64,000 bases of DNA from an uncultured Coxiellaceae bacterium (GCA_964559315.1 CAZLGL010000010.1:7624-71623), one strand, 5' to 3'; shown: positions 9,160 through 18,227, counted from the first letter of the stretch. Numbers and translations: made by a program. The notes: generated from the letters alone by a model not told the origin.

Positions 9160-9840
9160 TTACAGATTAGCTGTTTTGTTCCGAAACCCTATCTTACTTT
9201 CACTTGCATCTGAACGATCTGAGGAGCAAGTAGTTGTTGCGCATGAAGCGCTTTTGCAACGTTTGTCATCTTGACTGCTTTTCCAGAAATAGCTTAAAAA
9301 TGAGGAAGGTTTCTTGTGAGACTCTGCAGTTTCAGTTGTTTGTAATTGTTGGCGATTTTCTGCAGAAGCTGCTGATTGGCTAGTAACAAGAGAAGCAGTT
9401 TGTCCTATTCGAGCAGCAGTTGTTGTACATATTCCACCGCAACATCCTCCTGTCATAGTTTGAGCACCTACCTGAACCATTTGTGCAACACTCGATGAAA
9501 TAACGGATTCAGAAACAGCAGCTTTCTGGCTTAATGGTGCTGAAAAATCAGTGGCGGGAGTTATATTCGTCTGACGAAAATAGCGAATACCTGAACTAAT
9601 TGCTCGACCAGTAGCCCAGGAAAGAGAAACATTAACCACCATTCCAACAGGATGTTGACGAACTTCATTTAATAAAATTTTACCTGTTTCGATGGGATGG
9701 TAAAGTGCGTAGGCCGTATCTTTGACGGTTTGAATAGGGTGTAACAAAAGTTTTTTCCAACCTGAAAGATAAAGTGTGCATCCATATTTTACTTCGTTGC
9801 CAACATAATAAAGGTAGTCAGTGTAATTTTGCTCAAACAT
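9160..9840 (-). CDS. Hypothetical protein with Cys clusters (GGCCGGIC and CKSASCATTTC); no signal peptide
   Basis: 226-aa ORF. It has a globular N-terminal ~100 aa followed by a Ser/Thr/Ala/Gln-rich tail carrying two Cys clusters. It is co-directional with and upstream of the Zn-type ATPase, and divergent from bufferin-like copy 2. I recognise no family. Confidence 0.5.
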   Translation of the reverse strand: MFEQNYTDYLYYVGNEVKYGCTLYLSGWKKLLLHPIQTVKDTAYALYHPIETGKILLNEVRQHPVGMVVNVSLSWATGRAISSGIRYFRQTNITPATDFSAPLSQKAAVSESVISSSVAQMVQVGAQTMTGGCCGGICTTTAARIGQTASLVTSQSAASAENRQQLQTTETAESHKKPSSFLSYFWKSSQDDKRCKSASCATTTCSSDRSDASESKIGFRNKTANL

Positions 9841-10013
9841 GTCTTGCCTCCTCTCATTAAAAGGGTTTACTAAAGATTAGATAGCTCGTATTCAGTTTAA
9901 CATGCTGCTCGAGTTGGTACCTTATCTCAAAATGGAGAAAGACTTTTTATTTATACGTAATTCTGTTAATTTATTTTTGTAATATCCACTTTTACCTCAC
10001 AAGAGACCATTTT

Positions 10014-10286
10014 ATGAGCATCCAAAGAAGACGCGCCATCATCGCTGCTGTTATCGCGGGTTTATTTGCTACCGAAAGTTATGCAATCGCTACATCATCA
10101 ACTCCTGTTCCAGTACCCACTGTAAAATGTATGGGCGCACATAATTGTAAAGCTATGGGAGCTTGTAAAGCGGGCGCGAATGGTTGTGGAGGAAAAAATG
10201 CGTGCAAGGCTGTCAATCCGAAAAGCATTGTCACCAATTTGTCTGCACAAGAATGTACAGATAAAGGCGGTACCGTAGTGCAATAA
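10014..10286 (+). CDS. Secreted 6-Cys peptide, bufferin-like precursor, copy 2
   Basis: Signal peptide MSIQRRRAIIAAVIAGLFATESYA. The core is VKCMGAHNCKAMGACKAGANGCGGKNACKA..ECTDKGGTVVQ. It has the same Cys spacing and the identical CTDKGGTVVQ end as copy 1. Confidence 0.6.
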   Translation: MSIQRRRAIIAAVIAGLFATESYAIATSSTPVPVPTVKCMGAHNCKAMGACKAGANGCGGKNACKAVNPKSIVTNLSAQECTDKGGTVVQ

Positions 10287-10333
10287 TTCTTTATTTTTGC
10301 CGCTTCAGTAAATTTTCGGGATTGATTATTTTC

Positions 10334-10365
10334 TTGACTTTAACCTTGGGGTTAAGGTTTATATT
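10334..10365 (+). promoter_or_regulatory. MerR/CueR-type promoter with long spacer and dyad operator
   Basis: TTGACT (10334-10339), a 19-20 nt spacer containing the dyad TTAACCttggGGTTAA, then TATATT (10360-10365). It lies ~55 nt upstream of the lipoprotein/copAB operon. The half-sites match the operator at 16422-16437. Confidence 0.6.
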
Positions 10366-10419
10366 GAGTAAAGTATTTTTTCGTGAGGTTACCAGACATA
10401 TTTGATTAAGGATGAATTT

Positions 10420-10845
10420 ATGAAAATTGCTCTTAAAGTTAAGTTAGTGATCGGTAGTCTTTTTGTTTCAGTTCTTGCGGGGTGTGCATCAGTACCCCTA
10501 GACCCAGGTGCAGAAAAGGTTGTTTTTACGGCAATCACTGTACCTCAATCATGTAAATCATTGGGTCAAATTTCGAGCACTGATGTTAACGGCGTTACAA
10601 CCGCGTATACTTCTCACTCAAATTTACAGACAATGGAAATTAATGCTCTCAAAAATCGAGCATTGGCATTAGGCGCGAATGTTGTTGTTCTTACCGGCCA
10701 TCAAACGAAGTATGTGCCTGGATCGCGACGACAAGTTGATGACCATACATTAATAGGCAACGCTTATGTTTGTCCTGCGAGAGTTTTAAGTAAGTTACCG
10801 AATATGAATTCATCAAACATTTCGGATGCTCATGTAAGACACTGA
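10420..10845 (+). CDS. Lipoprotein (DUF4156-like)
   Basis: ATG at 10420 follows AAGGA. Lipobox is SVLAGC. The size and the C-terminal GNAYVCP pattern resemble DUF4156 lipoproteins (from memory). It is the first gene after the CueR-type promoter. Confidence 0.6.
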   Translation: MKIALKVKLVIGSLFVSVLAGCASVPLDPGAEKVVFTAITVPQSCKSLGQISSTDVNGVTTAYTSHSNLQTMEINALKNRALALGANVVVLTGHQTKYVPGSRRQVDDHTLIGNAYVCPARVLSKLPNMNSSNISDAHVRH

Positions 10846-10878
10846 TTTTTATAGGGAACTTTGCCAGAGGGAAGGGAC

Positions 10879-13350
10879 ATGCGACCAGAATGTAGAAAAG
10901 CTTTTAGTTTACTAATTAATGCTGTTATTTTGGTCGCCGGTTTCTTAAGTGCTCCAGCTGCTCTCGCGAATAATGTTGTAGTTAGATTGGATGTTGGTTA
11001 TAAAAATGTGAATTTTGCAGGGAAATCCATTCAGGCAATTGCAGCTAATAATCAAATTCCTGCGCCGACATTACATTTTAAACAAGGCGATACCGTAACT
11101 ATCAATGTATATAATCATTTGGATGTGGGTACAGCTATTCATTGGCATGGTTTGATTCTTCCGTGGCAAATGGATGGCGTTGAAGGCATTTCTCAAAAAG
11201 CTATTCCTCCAGGAGGAATGTTTTCGTATCATTTCACACTCTATCAATCGGGTACTTATTGGTATCACGCTCATGCAGGTTTTCAAGAACAGCAAGGGTT
11301 GTATGGTGCATTTATTATTGATCCATCTACGCCACATCTTAATAAATACACCAAAGATTATCCAATAGTTTTATCTGATTGGAGTAATACAAATCCGGAT
11401 AAAATATTGGCTAATCTGAAAAAAGATGGCGATTATTATTCTCCACGATTTCCAATGCAAGCATCGCTTGTGCGTTTTATTCGAGAATATTGGCATGCTT
11501 CACCTGAAGGGCGTAAACAATTAATCGAAGATTATAAAATGATGCAGAGTATGCGTATGAGTATCTATGATCTGAGTGATGTGGCTTATGACGCTTTTTT
11601 ATTAAACGGACAGACGAATAGCGCCCCATGGCAAGCATTGGTTAAAGTGGGCGATATCGTACGGTTACGTTTTATTGGTGCGGCTGGTAGTACTATTTAT
11701 CATGTAAAAATTCCGGGTACTTTAATGGAGATGGTGAGTGTTGATGGTAACAATGTAAGACCCTATATTGTTAAATCATTCACGATTGCACCAGGTGAAA
11801 CGTATGATGTATTAGTAAAAATTACTCAAAATCAACCGTATATTATTTATGCTGAATCGAAAGATGCGCTAGGTGCAGCAGAGGGCGCTTTAATCACAGA
11901 ATCTGGTCAACCGGTTGATTATGCTCATGTAAAACCTTTTTCTGAACCTGAGCCTGTTACTCGAGAAATGATGGATAACATGATGTCTGGTATGACAGAT
12001 CACAATAGTTCTAATTCAATGAGCATGGATAAAAATATGAATATGACAATGAATATGGATTCAAGCTCATCGCATGAGATGCATCATGGTATGTCTATGA
12101 ATATGGATATGCCCACGGAAGCTTCAATTATAGGAGATACAATGTCTCCGCCTAATTCTTTTCAAGCCACTACCTCAGGTACGAAATATCAAAACTTAAC
12201 TGCCGCGGTTAAAACAAATAATCCCCATAAACCAATAGCTGGAATTATTAGAATGCAATTATTTGGCTATATGGGACGTTATATTTGGTTCATCAATGGT
12301 GAGACTGAATTTAAAGCTAAGCCCATTATTATTGAACCCAATAAGCGATATCGCATTATATTTACGAATGATTCCATGATGAATCATCCCATGCACATTC
12401 ACGGGCACTGGTTTATTTTGCGTAATGGACACGGAGTTTATGATCCACTGTTGCACACTATTGAAGTAGCCCCAGGTGCTACTGCTGTAGCCGATTTTGA
12501 TTCAAATGCCAGTGGCCAATGGTTTTTCCATTGTCATCATCTCTATCATATGATGACAGGAATGGCGCGTGTATTTCAGTATTCAACGATTATTGATGTT
12601 GCAAAAGGTACGATGAAACCTGAAAAAGAAATTTCCCTTGGCACCTATGTTAATCAACCAATCGTCAGAGAAGATGAAGTTATGCCAATTGATACTTCAT
12701 TGATTCATCATCCCATGGCGCATGCTATGGGTTTATACCTTGCAAGCTTTTTAGACGTAGGCGAAGATCCTTTTGATAATGTACAAAAAGTTACATTTAA
12801 GGGTTTATACGGTAGTGACTATAACAAGCTTGAATTATTTACTAATGATGCTGAGGTCAATAAAGGGAGCATCAAAAATGCTGATATGGATATTTTTTAT
12901 TGGCATTTAATCAGTCAGTTTTGGGCAGTAAAGGGTGGCGTGAATTATGTTTATCGTCCTGCTGAACATCCTTATCTGCAACCGGGTATCGGAATCGAAG
13001 GATTGATGCCGTATTTTATAGATACAAATATTAGAACGTATTATCACGATGGAAGTGAGTCACTTGATGTTGAGTTATCACGTGATACGCAAATTACTAA
13101 TAACTTTTTTATCCGGACAGGTATTCGCAGTATTTTAGCCACCAAAACAGTGGCTGAAGATGAAATTGGCAGTGGGTTAAATCAAATGCGCTATATTCTT
13201 CGCCCGTATTATCGTGTTGCCCCTGGCGTAGATGTATTTAGTGAATTTGAAAGTGAGCATGATTATGGTGCATCAAGAAATATCGTTCAAAATGCGGGTG
13301 AATCATCCACAGAAAATACAGTAACCTTTGGTGTTTCAATTTTATTTTAA
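10879..13350 (+). CDS. Fusion protein: CopA/PcoA-type multicopper oxidase plus CopB/PcoB-type outer-membrane domain
   Basis: ATG at 10879 follows AGGGAAGGGA. MCO copper-ligand motifs are HWHG, WYHAH, HPMHIHGH and HCHHLYHMMTGM. There is a Met/His-rich insert (MMDNMMSGMTDHNSS..MHHGMSMNMDMP). The last ~230 aa match the CopB pattern (GIGIEGLMPYFIDT.., EDEIGSGLNQMRYILRPYY, terminal ..FGVSILF). No stop codon separates the two parts. Confidence 0.8.
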   Translation: MRPECRKAFSLLINAVILVAGFLSAPAALANNVVVRLDVGYKNVNFAGKSIQAIAANNQIPAPTLHFKQGDTVTINVYNHLDVGTAIHWHGLILPWQMDGVEGISQKAIPPGGMFSYHFTLYQSGTYWYHAHAGFQEQQGLYGAFIIDPSTPHLNKYTKDYPIVLSDWSNTNPDKILANLKKDGDYYSPRFPMQASLVRFIREYWHASPEGRKQLIEDYKMMQSMRMSIYDLSDVAYDAFLLNGQTNSAPWQALVKVGDIVRLRFIGAAGSTIYHVKIPGTLMEMVSVDGNNVRPYIVKSFTIAPGETYDVLVKITQNQPYIIYAESKDALGAAEGALITESGQPVDYAHVKPFSEPEPVTREMMDNMMSGMTDHNSSNSMSMDKNMNMTMNMDSSSSHEMHHGMSMNMDMPTEASIIGDTMSPPNSFQATTSGTKYQNLTAAVKTNNPHKPIAGIIRMQLFGYMGRYIWFINGETEFKAKPIIIEPNKRYRIIFTNDSMMNHPMHIHGHWFILRNGHGVYDPLLHTIEVAPGATAVADFDSNASGQWFFHCHHLYHMMTGMARVFQYSTIIDVAKGTMKPEKEISLGTYVNQPIVREDEVMPIDTSLIHHPMAHAMGLYLASFLDVGEDPFDNVQKVTFKGLYGSDYNKLELFTNDAEVNKGSIKNADMDIFYWHLISQFWAVKGGVNYVYRPAEHPYLQPGIGIEGLMPYFIDTNIRTYYHDGSESLDVELSRDTQITNNFFIRTGIRSILATKTVAEDEIGSGLNQMRYILRPYYRVAPGVDVFSEFESEHDYGASRNIVQNAGESSTENTVTFGVSILF

Positions 13351-13364
13351 AAGGAGCCTAGTTG

Positions 13365-13888
13365 TGAGTATTCTTCAAAAACTTTCTGTTTTAAGTAGTC
13401 GATTACAGCAGTTCTTTGTGAAAACCCCACAGAAAATACAAAAAACAGATGATTCTTTTGAATTATACCATCAGGACAAAATAGCGGCTGAATGGAAGCA
13501 ATGTCGTCAGGTTATTGTAGATAGCGCAAATCGATATTTACGTATGCATTGGGGAAAAGAAAGAGGATTTCTTTCAGTCTTAACCACTGGAGTTCAAGGT
13601 CATCAACGAGCACAAAGTTTAAAACAATTTGTGTATAGTCTCGATCTTTCGAATGCAAAAGGACAGCGTGATTTGATAGCTTCAGTTTCAGCTATTCGTT
13701 TGTCATCCTCAACGAATTTAACAGGCGAATTAGACCAACAGTTAAAAAGACTTAAGAGTAAGACATTCGATGTTAATCAGTTCAATTTAAATAAATTAAG
13801 CAAACGAGAACAAGAATTAAAACGTTTTTTTGACGGAAATATAAATCAACATACATCTCATCTACGTTCAAGGTTTGGAATACGATAA
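13365..13888 (+). CDS. Hypothetical protein, co-transcribed with the copAB fusion
   Basis: GTG at 13365 lies 6 nt after AAGGAG and 15 nt after the copAB stop. The product is basic and helical with no metal-binding motif and no signal peptide. I recognise no family. Confidence 0.45.
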
Positions 13889-13990
13889 TTGCTATCATGG
13901 TGCGCAAAAACCTATAAAAAGCGCTAGTTCATATTTTAAATTAGCCTTTTTTACATTCAAACGCCTTGTTTCCGGCAGCAACATATAATT

Positions 13991-14362
13991 CTACTGTGTA
14001 AAAATTAATTTCCCTCTATACATACCCATTTGACAGGTAAATTCGTACTCACCTGGTTGTTCAATAGTTAATTTAATTTCGATAGGTTTATTTAACGGTA
14101 ATTGTTTATTGATTTTTAATTTATCAAAAACGACAAATTCAGCGCACGGAGTCGCATCTTCACGAATGAATCTTAGCGTAATAGGTTGGTTCACGGAGGC
14201 GTTTATTATTGCCGGTTGGTATACGCCATCTTTAACTTTAATTTCAATCGTACCCGAAACTTTTTTAATGGATGTATTTTTTTTGTACAACCAAAACCAA
14301 CTTACGATAACAAAAATAAGTAATAAGCCACTAATATTAATCAGAACAATATTTGCATTCAT
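13991..14362 (-). CDS. Membrane-anchored cupredoxin-fold protein (Cupredoxin_1-like)
   Basis: N-terminal TM segment [17 protein letters not shown]. The C-terminal [17 protein letters not shown] is a Cys/Met copper-site-like motif. Its start overlaps the copA stop (ATGA), indicating translational coupling. Confidence 0.7.
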   Translation of the reverse strand: MNANIVLINISGLLLIFVIVSWFWLYKKNTSIKKVSGTIEIKVKDGVYQPAIINASVNQPITLRFIREDATPCAEFVVFDKLKINKQLPLNKPIEIKLTIEQPGEYEFTCQMGMYRGKLIFTQ

Positions 14363-16377
14363 GCTTTTTGCTCTCCAAGATTCAAAAACCGTAGTCGATT
14401 CGCATTCATCACAACGGTTACAGACGATAATGCCATGGCAAGACCCGCAATCATGGGATTTAATAATAGTCCTGTAAGCGGAAATAGTATTCCTGCGGCT
14501 AATGGAATTCCAAGTACATTATATATAAATGCCCCGAATAAATTTTGTTTCATATTACGAACCGTATATTTTGAAATCAGTATTGCATCTGCAATACCCT
14601 GTAATGAACTTCTCATTAATGTAATAGATGCACTTTCAATTGCTACGTCTGTTCCACTCCCAATCGCAAAGCCCACGTCAGCACGTGCAAGAGCAGGGGC
14701 GTCATTAATTCCATCACCGACCATACCGACTTTTTTACCGCCAGTTTGTAATCGTGCTATAACATTGGCTTTATCTGCCGGTGATACCTCTGCAATGACA
14801 TCTTGAATGCCAACTTGTTTTGCCGTGAAATTTGCTGTCATTTTATGATCGCCAGACAATAAAATAATTTTTAAGCCCATTTTTTGTAATTGATCAATGG
14901 CTTTTGCTGAATCTGGTTTAACTTTATCTGAGACGGTAATAATTCCTGCAATTTTTTGATTTACCGCGAGATAAATTGGTGTTTGACCTCGTTGAGCGAA
15001 TGATTCGGCTTGTTGGATGATGTTTTCAAGAGCAATGTGTTGTTGTTCCATAAGTGCTTGATTGCCGAGATATATTTTTTGATTGTTGATTACGGCAATC
15101 GCACCACGGCCTGGAAGTGTTTCAAACTGATTCGTGGGCAGCAGAGCAATATTGCGTTCACTTGCAGCTTCTACAATTGCTTCAGCTAAAGCATGTTCTG
15201 AGCCTACTTCTACACTTGCTGCGAGTTGTAATAAAGTTTTTTCATCCCAAGAGTTCACCGGAAGAATTTCTGCCAAACTGGGTTTGCCAGTAGTGACAGT
15301 TCCGGTTTTATCTAGTACAAGAATTTGTAATTGACTGACTTGTTGAAGCGCATCGCCATGACGAATGAGTATTCCATATTCTGCGGCTTTTCCTATTCCT
15401 ACCATGACAGAAATAGGGACGGCCAATCCTAATGCACACGGACATGCAATAATTAATACAGACATGGCAGTGACTAATATATATGCAACGTTGGGTTCGG
15501 GTCCAAAATTAAACCAGATGAGGGCTGTTAAAATTGCGATAATCATGACAATAGGAACAAAGATAGCGGAGATTTGATCTGCAAGACGGGCTATCGCAGG
15601 CTTTGAGCTTTGTGCTTGTTGAACGATCTCAATGATTTTTGCTAAAACAGTATCCGAACCAATTTTTGTCGCTTTAAAAATAAAGGTTCCGGATTTATTT
15701 AATGTTGATCCAGTGACGATGCAGTTAACCGTTTTTTCAACTGGAAGTGGTTCACCTGTGAGCATGGATTCATCAATACTTGAATATCCTTCGATTAATA
15801 TACCATCTACGGGAATTTTTTCGCCGGGTCGTACACGCAGCATATCGTCAATCTGAACAGTTTCAATCGGGACGTCGATTTCTTGATTATTTCTGATAAC
15901 TCTTGCTGTTTTAGGTTGTAAACCAATTAATCGTTTAATGGCGGAAGACGTATTTTGACGCGCGCGTAATTCTAATAATGCGCCTAAGTTAATTAAAGTA
16001 ATAATGACGGCTGCAGCTTCAAAATACATGTGCCTTGCTAGTGGAGGAAAATAATTTGGAAATAATACAACACTGGCCGAATATAGCCATGCGACACCTG
16101 TTCCTAAAGCAATTAACGTATCCATATTGGCTTGCTGAATACGTAGTGCATTCCATCCGCCTTTAAAGAAATGACCACCGGAATAAATTAGGATAACTAA
16201 AGTAAGCGCGGCAATAACAAGATTTGTATCATGACCAGTTGAGATGTTTAGCATTGCCATGACAAAAAGTGGTATCCCGATTGCTCCGGCAAAAAGCGTT
16301 TTGTGTAGTAAACTGCGAGCGTAGCTATTTTCTTCATTTGTGGGGTTATCGCAGCTTGAGCAGGTGGTGGCTGTCAT
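14359..16377 (-). CDS. copA: P1B-1-type Cu(I)-exporting ATPase
   Basis: Motifs: CPC ([13 protein letters not shown]), [15 protein letters not shown], and TM8 [15 protein letters not shown]. The probable start is Met at 16377 ([12 protein letters not shown]). The longer ORF to 16530 would overrun the cueR start and the operator. Confidence 0.9.
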   Translation of the reverse strand: MTATTCSSCDNPTNEENSYARSLLHKTLFAGAIGIPLFVMAMLNISTGHDTNLVIAALTLVILIYSGGHFFKGGWNALRIQQANMDTLIALGTGVAWLYSASVVLFPNYFPPLARHMYFEAAAVIITLINLGALLELRARQNTSSAIKRLIGLQPKTARVIRNNQEIDVPIETVQIDDMLRVRPGEKIPVDGILIEGYSSIDESMLTGEPLPVEKTVNCIVTGSTLNKSGTFIFKATKIGSDTVLAKIIEIVQQAQSSKPAIARLADQISAIFVPIVMIIAILTALIWFNFGPEPNVAYILVTAMSVLIIACPCALGLAVPISVMVGIGKAAEYGILIRHGDALQQVSQLQILVLDKTGTVTTGKPSLAEILPVNSWDEKTLLQLAASVEVGSEHALAEAIVEAASERNIALLPTNQFETLPGRGAIAVINNQKIYLGNQALMEQQHIALENIIQQAESFAQRGQTPIYLAVNQKIAGIITVSDKVKPDSAKAIDQLQKMGLKIILLSGDHKMTANFTAKQVGIQDVIAEVSPADKANVIARLQTGGKKVGMVGDGINDAPALARADVGFAIGSGTDVAIESASITLMRSSLQGIADAILISKYTVRNMKQNLFGAFIYNVLGIPLAAGILFPLTGLLLNPMIAGLAMALSSVTVVMNANRLRFLNLGEQKA

Positions 16378-16411
16378 AGTTGGGGTTCCATATTGATGTT
16401 CGTTGGGGAAT

Positions 16412-16443
16412 ATTCTACATTTTAACCTTAAGGTTAAGGTCAA
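16412..16443 (-). promoter_or_regulatory. CueR-type promoter/operator for copA in the copA-cueR divergent region
   Basis: On the minus strand: TTGACC (16443-16438), a spacer holding the perfect 16-bp palindrome TTAACCTTAAGGTTAA (16422-16437), then TAGAAT (16417-16412). The 19-20 nt spacer is typical of MerR-family promoters. Confidence 0.7.
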
Positions 16444-16452
16444 GGACATTTT

Positions 16453-16866
16453 ATGAGCACTACACATTATACGATAGGAACAGTGGCAAAACGCTATGGC
16501 ATTACTACTGTCACGTTGAGGCATTATCAAAAAATCGGTTTACTTAAGCCTTCTTTTCGAAGCGATAATGGATATCGCGTTTATACAGAAGATGATATGA
16601 CACGATTACATTTTATATTAAACACAAAAAATGCAGGATTTACATTAGAGGAAATAAAGTCATTATTTTTGATGATTGACAATGGCGAGCCCAACAAAGC
16701 TGTAAAAAATCTCATCCATGAAAAGTTAAAAACTATACAAGAAAAAATACTGCATTTAAAAAAACTCACAACATTATTAGAAAATCTCGATAATGTTTGT
16801 CATAAACAAATGGCCGCGCGAGATTGCCCTATTATTAAACGATTAAGAGTTAATCCTTCTGTGTAA
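16453..16866 (+). CDS. cueR: MerR-family Cu-responsive regulator (CueR-like)
   Basis: N-terminal HTH is [27 protein letters not shown] dimerisation helix follows. The C-terminal Cys pair is [13 protein letters not shown]. It is divergent from copA. Confidence 0.8.
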   Translation: MSTTHYTIGTVAKRYGITTVTLRHYQKIGLLKPSFRSDNGYRVYTEDDMTRLHFILNTKNAGFTLEEIKSLFLMIDNGEPNKAVKNLIHEKLKTIQEKILHLKKLTTLLENLDNVCHKQMAARDCPIIKRLRVNPSV

Positions 16867-16964
16867 TTCCAATGGCGGGCGTGATAATCAGCGCTACGTT
16901 GCTAACCTTGATTATTATTTCAACCTTATATCGAGTGTCTATATTTGTGTTTACATATATATGA
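16854..16964 (+). pseudogene. Possible second RND-pump C-terminal stump
   Basis: The short frame reads ..[32 protein letters not shown]. This resembles the last TM of RND pumps (compare czcA in this window: RPLATVVIGGLLSSTLLTLFVLPTLF). Only ~25 residues are comparable, so the call is weak. Confidence 0.3.
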
Positions 16965-16979
16965 AAATACATATATAAT
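16950..16979 (+). promoter_or_regulatory. Candidate sigma-70 promoter upstream of arsM, containing the direct repeat TACATATATA x2
   Basis: TTTACA (16950-16955), an 18-nt spacer, then TATAAT (16974-16979). TACATATATA occurs at 16952-16961 and 16968-16977, which could be an ArsR-type operator. The element lies ~210 nt upstream of the arsM ATG. Confidence 0.35.
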
Positions 16980-17186
16980 GTTCTCGGTTGCAAAATTGTA
17001 GATTCACTTCAATTTTGTGCTCTTTGAGATTCAGAGGAGATTAGCCATGAGGGAATTGCGTACACGTAGTTCATTCGTTCCAATATACTTAGCAAAAAAA
17101 ATCTAATACAGCGAACATATTCTCACCAAACTTCCAATGGAAAACTCACTGATGACATGTCGTTTAATTTTATGAGGGGTCATATT

Positions 17187-18149
17187 ATGCAAGCACAAGA
17201 TTTGCAAAAAGATGTGGAGATTAAAAGCAGTGTTCGTGAGGCTTATGCCAAAGTTGCGATTGCTGATAACGAAGGTGAAAGTTGCGGTACAGAAAAAAGT
17301 TGTTGTGGCACAGGACCTGGTAAAGGGGCGGAATATTCTACGCAACTAGGATATTCTGAAGGTGATATTTCGAGCGTTCCTGCAGGTGCAAATATGGGGC
17401 TCGGCTGTGGAAATCCTACTGCAATTGCTGGATTAAAAGCCGGTGAAACTGTTTTGGATTTAGGTAGTGGCGGTGGATTTGATTGCTTCCTAGCTGCAAG
17501 ACAATTAGCAGGAACTGGCCGAGTTATTGGTGTCGATATGACGCATGAAATGCTAAATAAGGCACGATTAAATGCCAAAAAAGGCGGTTATACAAACGTA
17601 GAATTTCGGTTAGGTGAAATCGAACATCTTCCGGTAGAAAATAGCAGTGTTGATGTCATCATTTCTAATTGCGTTATTAATCTCTCTACAGATAAGCCCC
17701 AAGTTTTTAAAGAAGCTGCTCGAGTTTTAAAGCCGGGTGGACGTTTAATTATTTCTGATCTTGTAGCAACAAGCCCAATGCCCGAAAATATTAAAAGAGA
17801 TTTAGCCCTTTATAATGGATGTATGGCAGGTGCAACGCCGATTGAAGAACTTAGGCAGGCATTAAAAGATGCTGGGTTAGAGAATATTAAAATAGATGTG
17901 AAAGAGGAAAGTCGTTCGTTTATTAAAGACTGGTCAACGAGCGGTGTCGAAAATTATGTTGCTTCAGCGGTCATTGAAGCCTATCGACCAAACTTAGAGT
18001 TAAAACAAGTAGTCGACAAAGGAAGTGTTTCACCTACATTAGGTCGTGGATTTTATGACTTAAGCAGTAGGCAACAAACACCTGTTGTGCAAGGCCAAGA
18101 GCTGTCGAGTTGTAAACCTGGTTCAGGATGTTGTCCAACAAAAAAATAA
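17187..18149 (+). CDS. arsM: Arsenite S-adenosylmethionine methyltransferase
   Basis: ATG at 17187 follows GAGGGG. The N-terminal Cys pair is GESCGTEKSCCGTG. The SAM motif is VLDLGSGGGFD, and VISNCVINL is present. There is a Cys-rich tail, SSCKPGSGCCPTKK. Confidence 0.8.
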   Translation: MQAQDLQKDVEIKSSVREAYAKVAIADNEGESCGTEKSCCGTGPGKGAEYSTQLGYSEGDISSVPAGANMGLGCGNPTAIAGLKAGETVLDLGSGGGFDCFLAARQLAGTGRVIGVDMTHEMLNKARLNAKKGGYTNVEFRLGEIEHLPVENSSVDVIISNCVINLSTDKPQVFKEAARVLKPGGRLIISDLVATSPMPENIKRDLALYNGCMAGATPIEELRQALKDAGLENIKIDVKEESRSFIKDWSTSGVENYVASAVIEAYRPNLELKQVVDKGSVSPTLGRGFYDLSSRQQTPVVQGQELSSCKPGSGCCPTKK

Positions 18150-18165
18150 ATAATTGTTATGTGTC

Positions 18166-18227
18166 TCTCCCAGCAAATTAGACTGTTTAAGAATTAAATA
18201 GCTTTGTTTGTTGGGAGAATTTTTTTA
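18166..18227 (+). terminator. Rho-independent terminator after arsM
   Basis: A 12-bp stem TCTCCCAGCAAA / TTTGTTGGGAGA (one G-U pair) encloses a 29-nt loop and is followed by ATTTTTTTATT. Confidence 0.55.

Noticed and set aside
8940-9160. MerR/ZntR-type operator upstream of the Zn-type ATPase
   Set aside because: Only weak short dyads (for example TAAGCtgtgGCTTA) were found, with no flanking -35/-10 elements at long-spacer distance. This is not convincing enough to annotate.
10879-10980. Tat signal on the multicopper oxidase fusion
   Set aside because: The leader has RK (CRKAFSLL) and no twin-arginine pair. It may be a degenerate Tat motif, but this cannot be decided from sequence, so no Tat feature is called.
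16378-16530. N-terminal extension of the Cu-ATPase ORF (51 extra codons)
   Set aside because: It would run through the CueR operator/promoter and overlap the cueR start. The extra residues (..[13 protein letters not shown]..) do not form an HMA domain. Met at 16377 sits at a sensible distance from the promoter.
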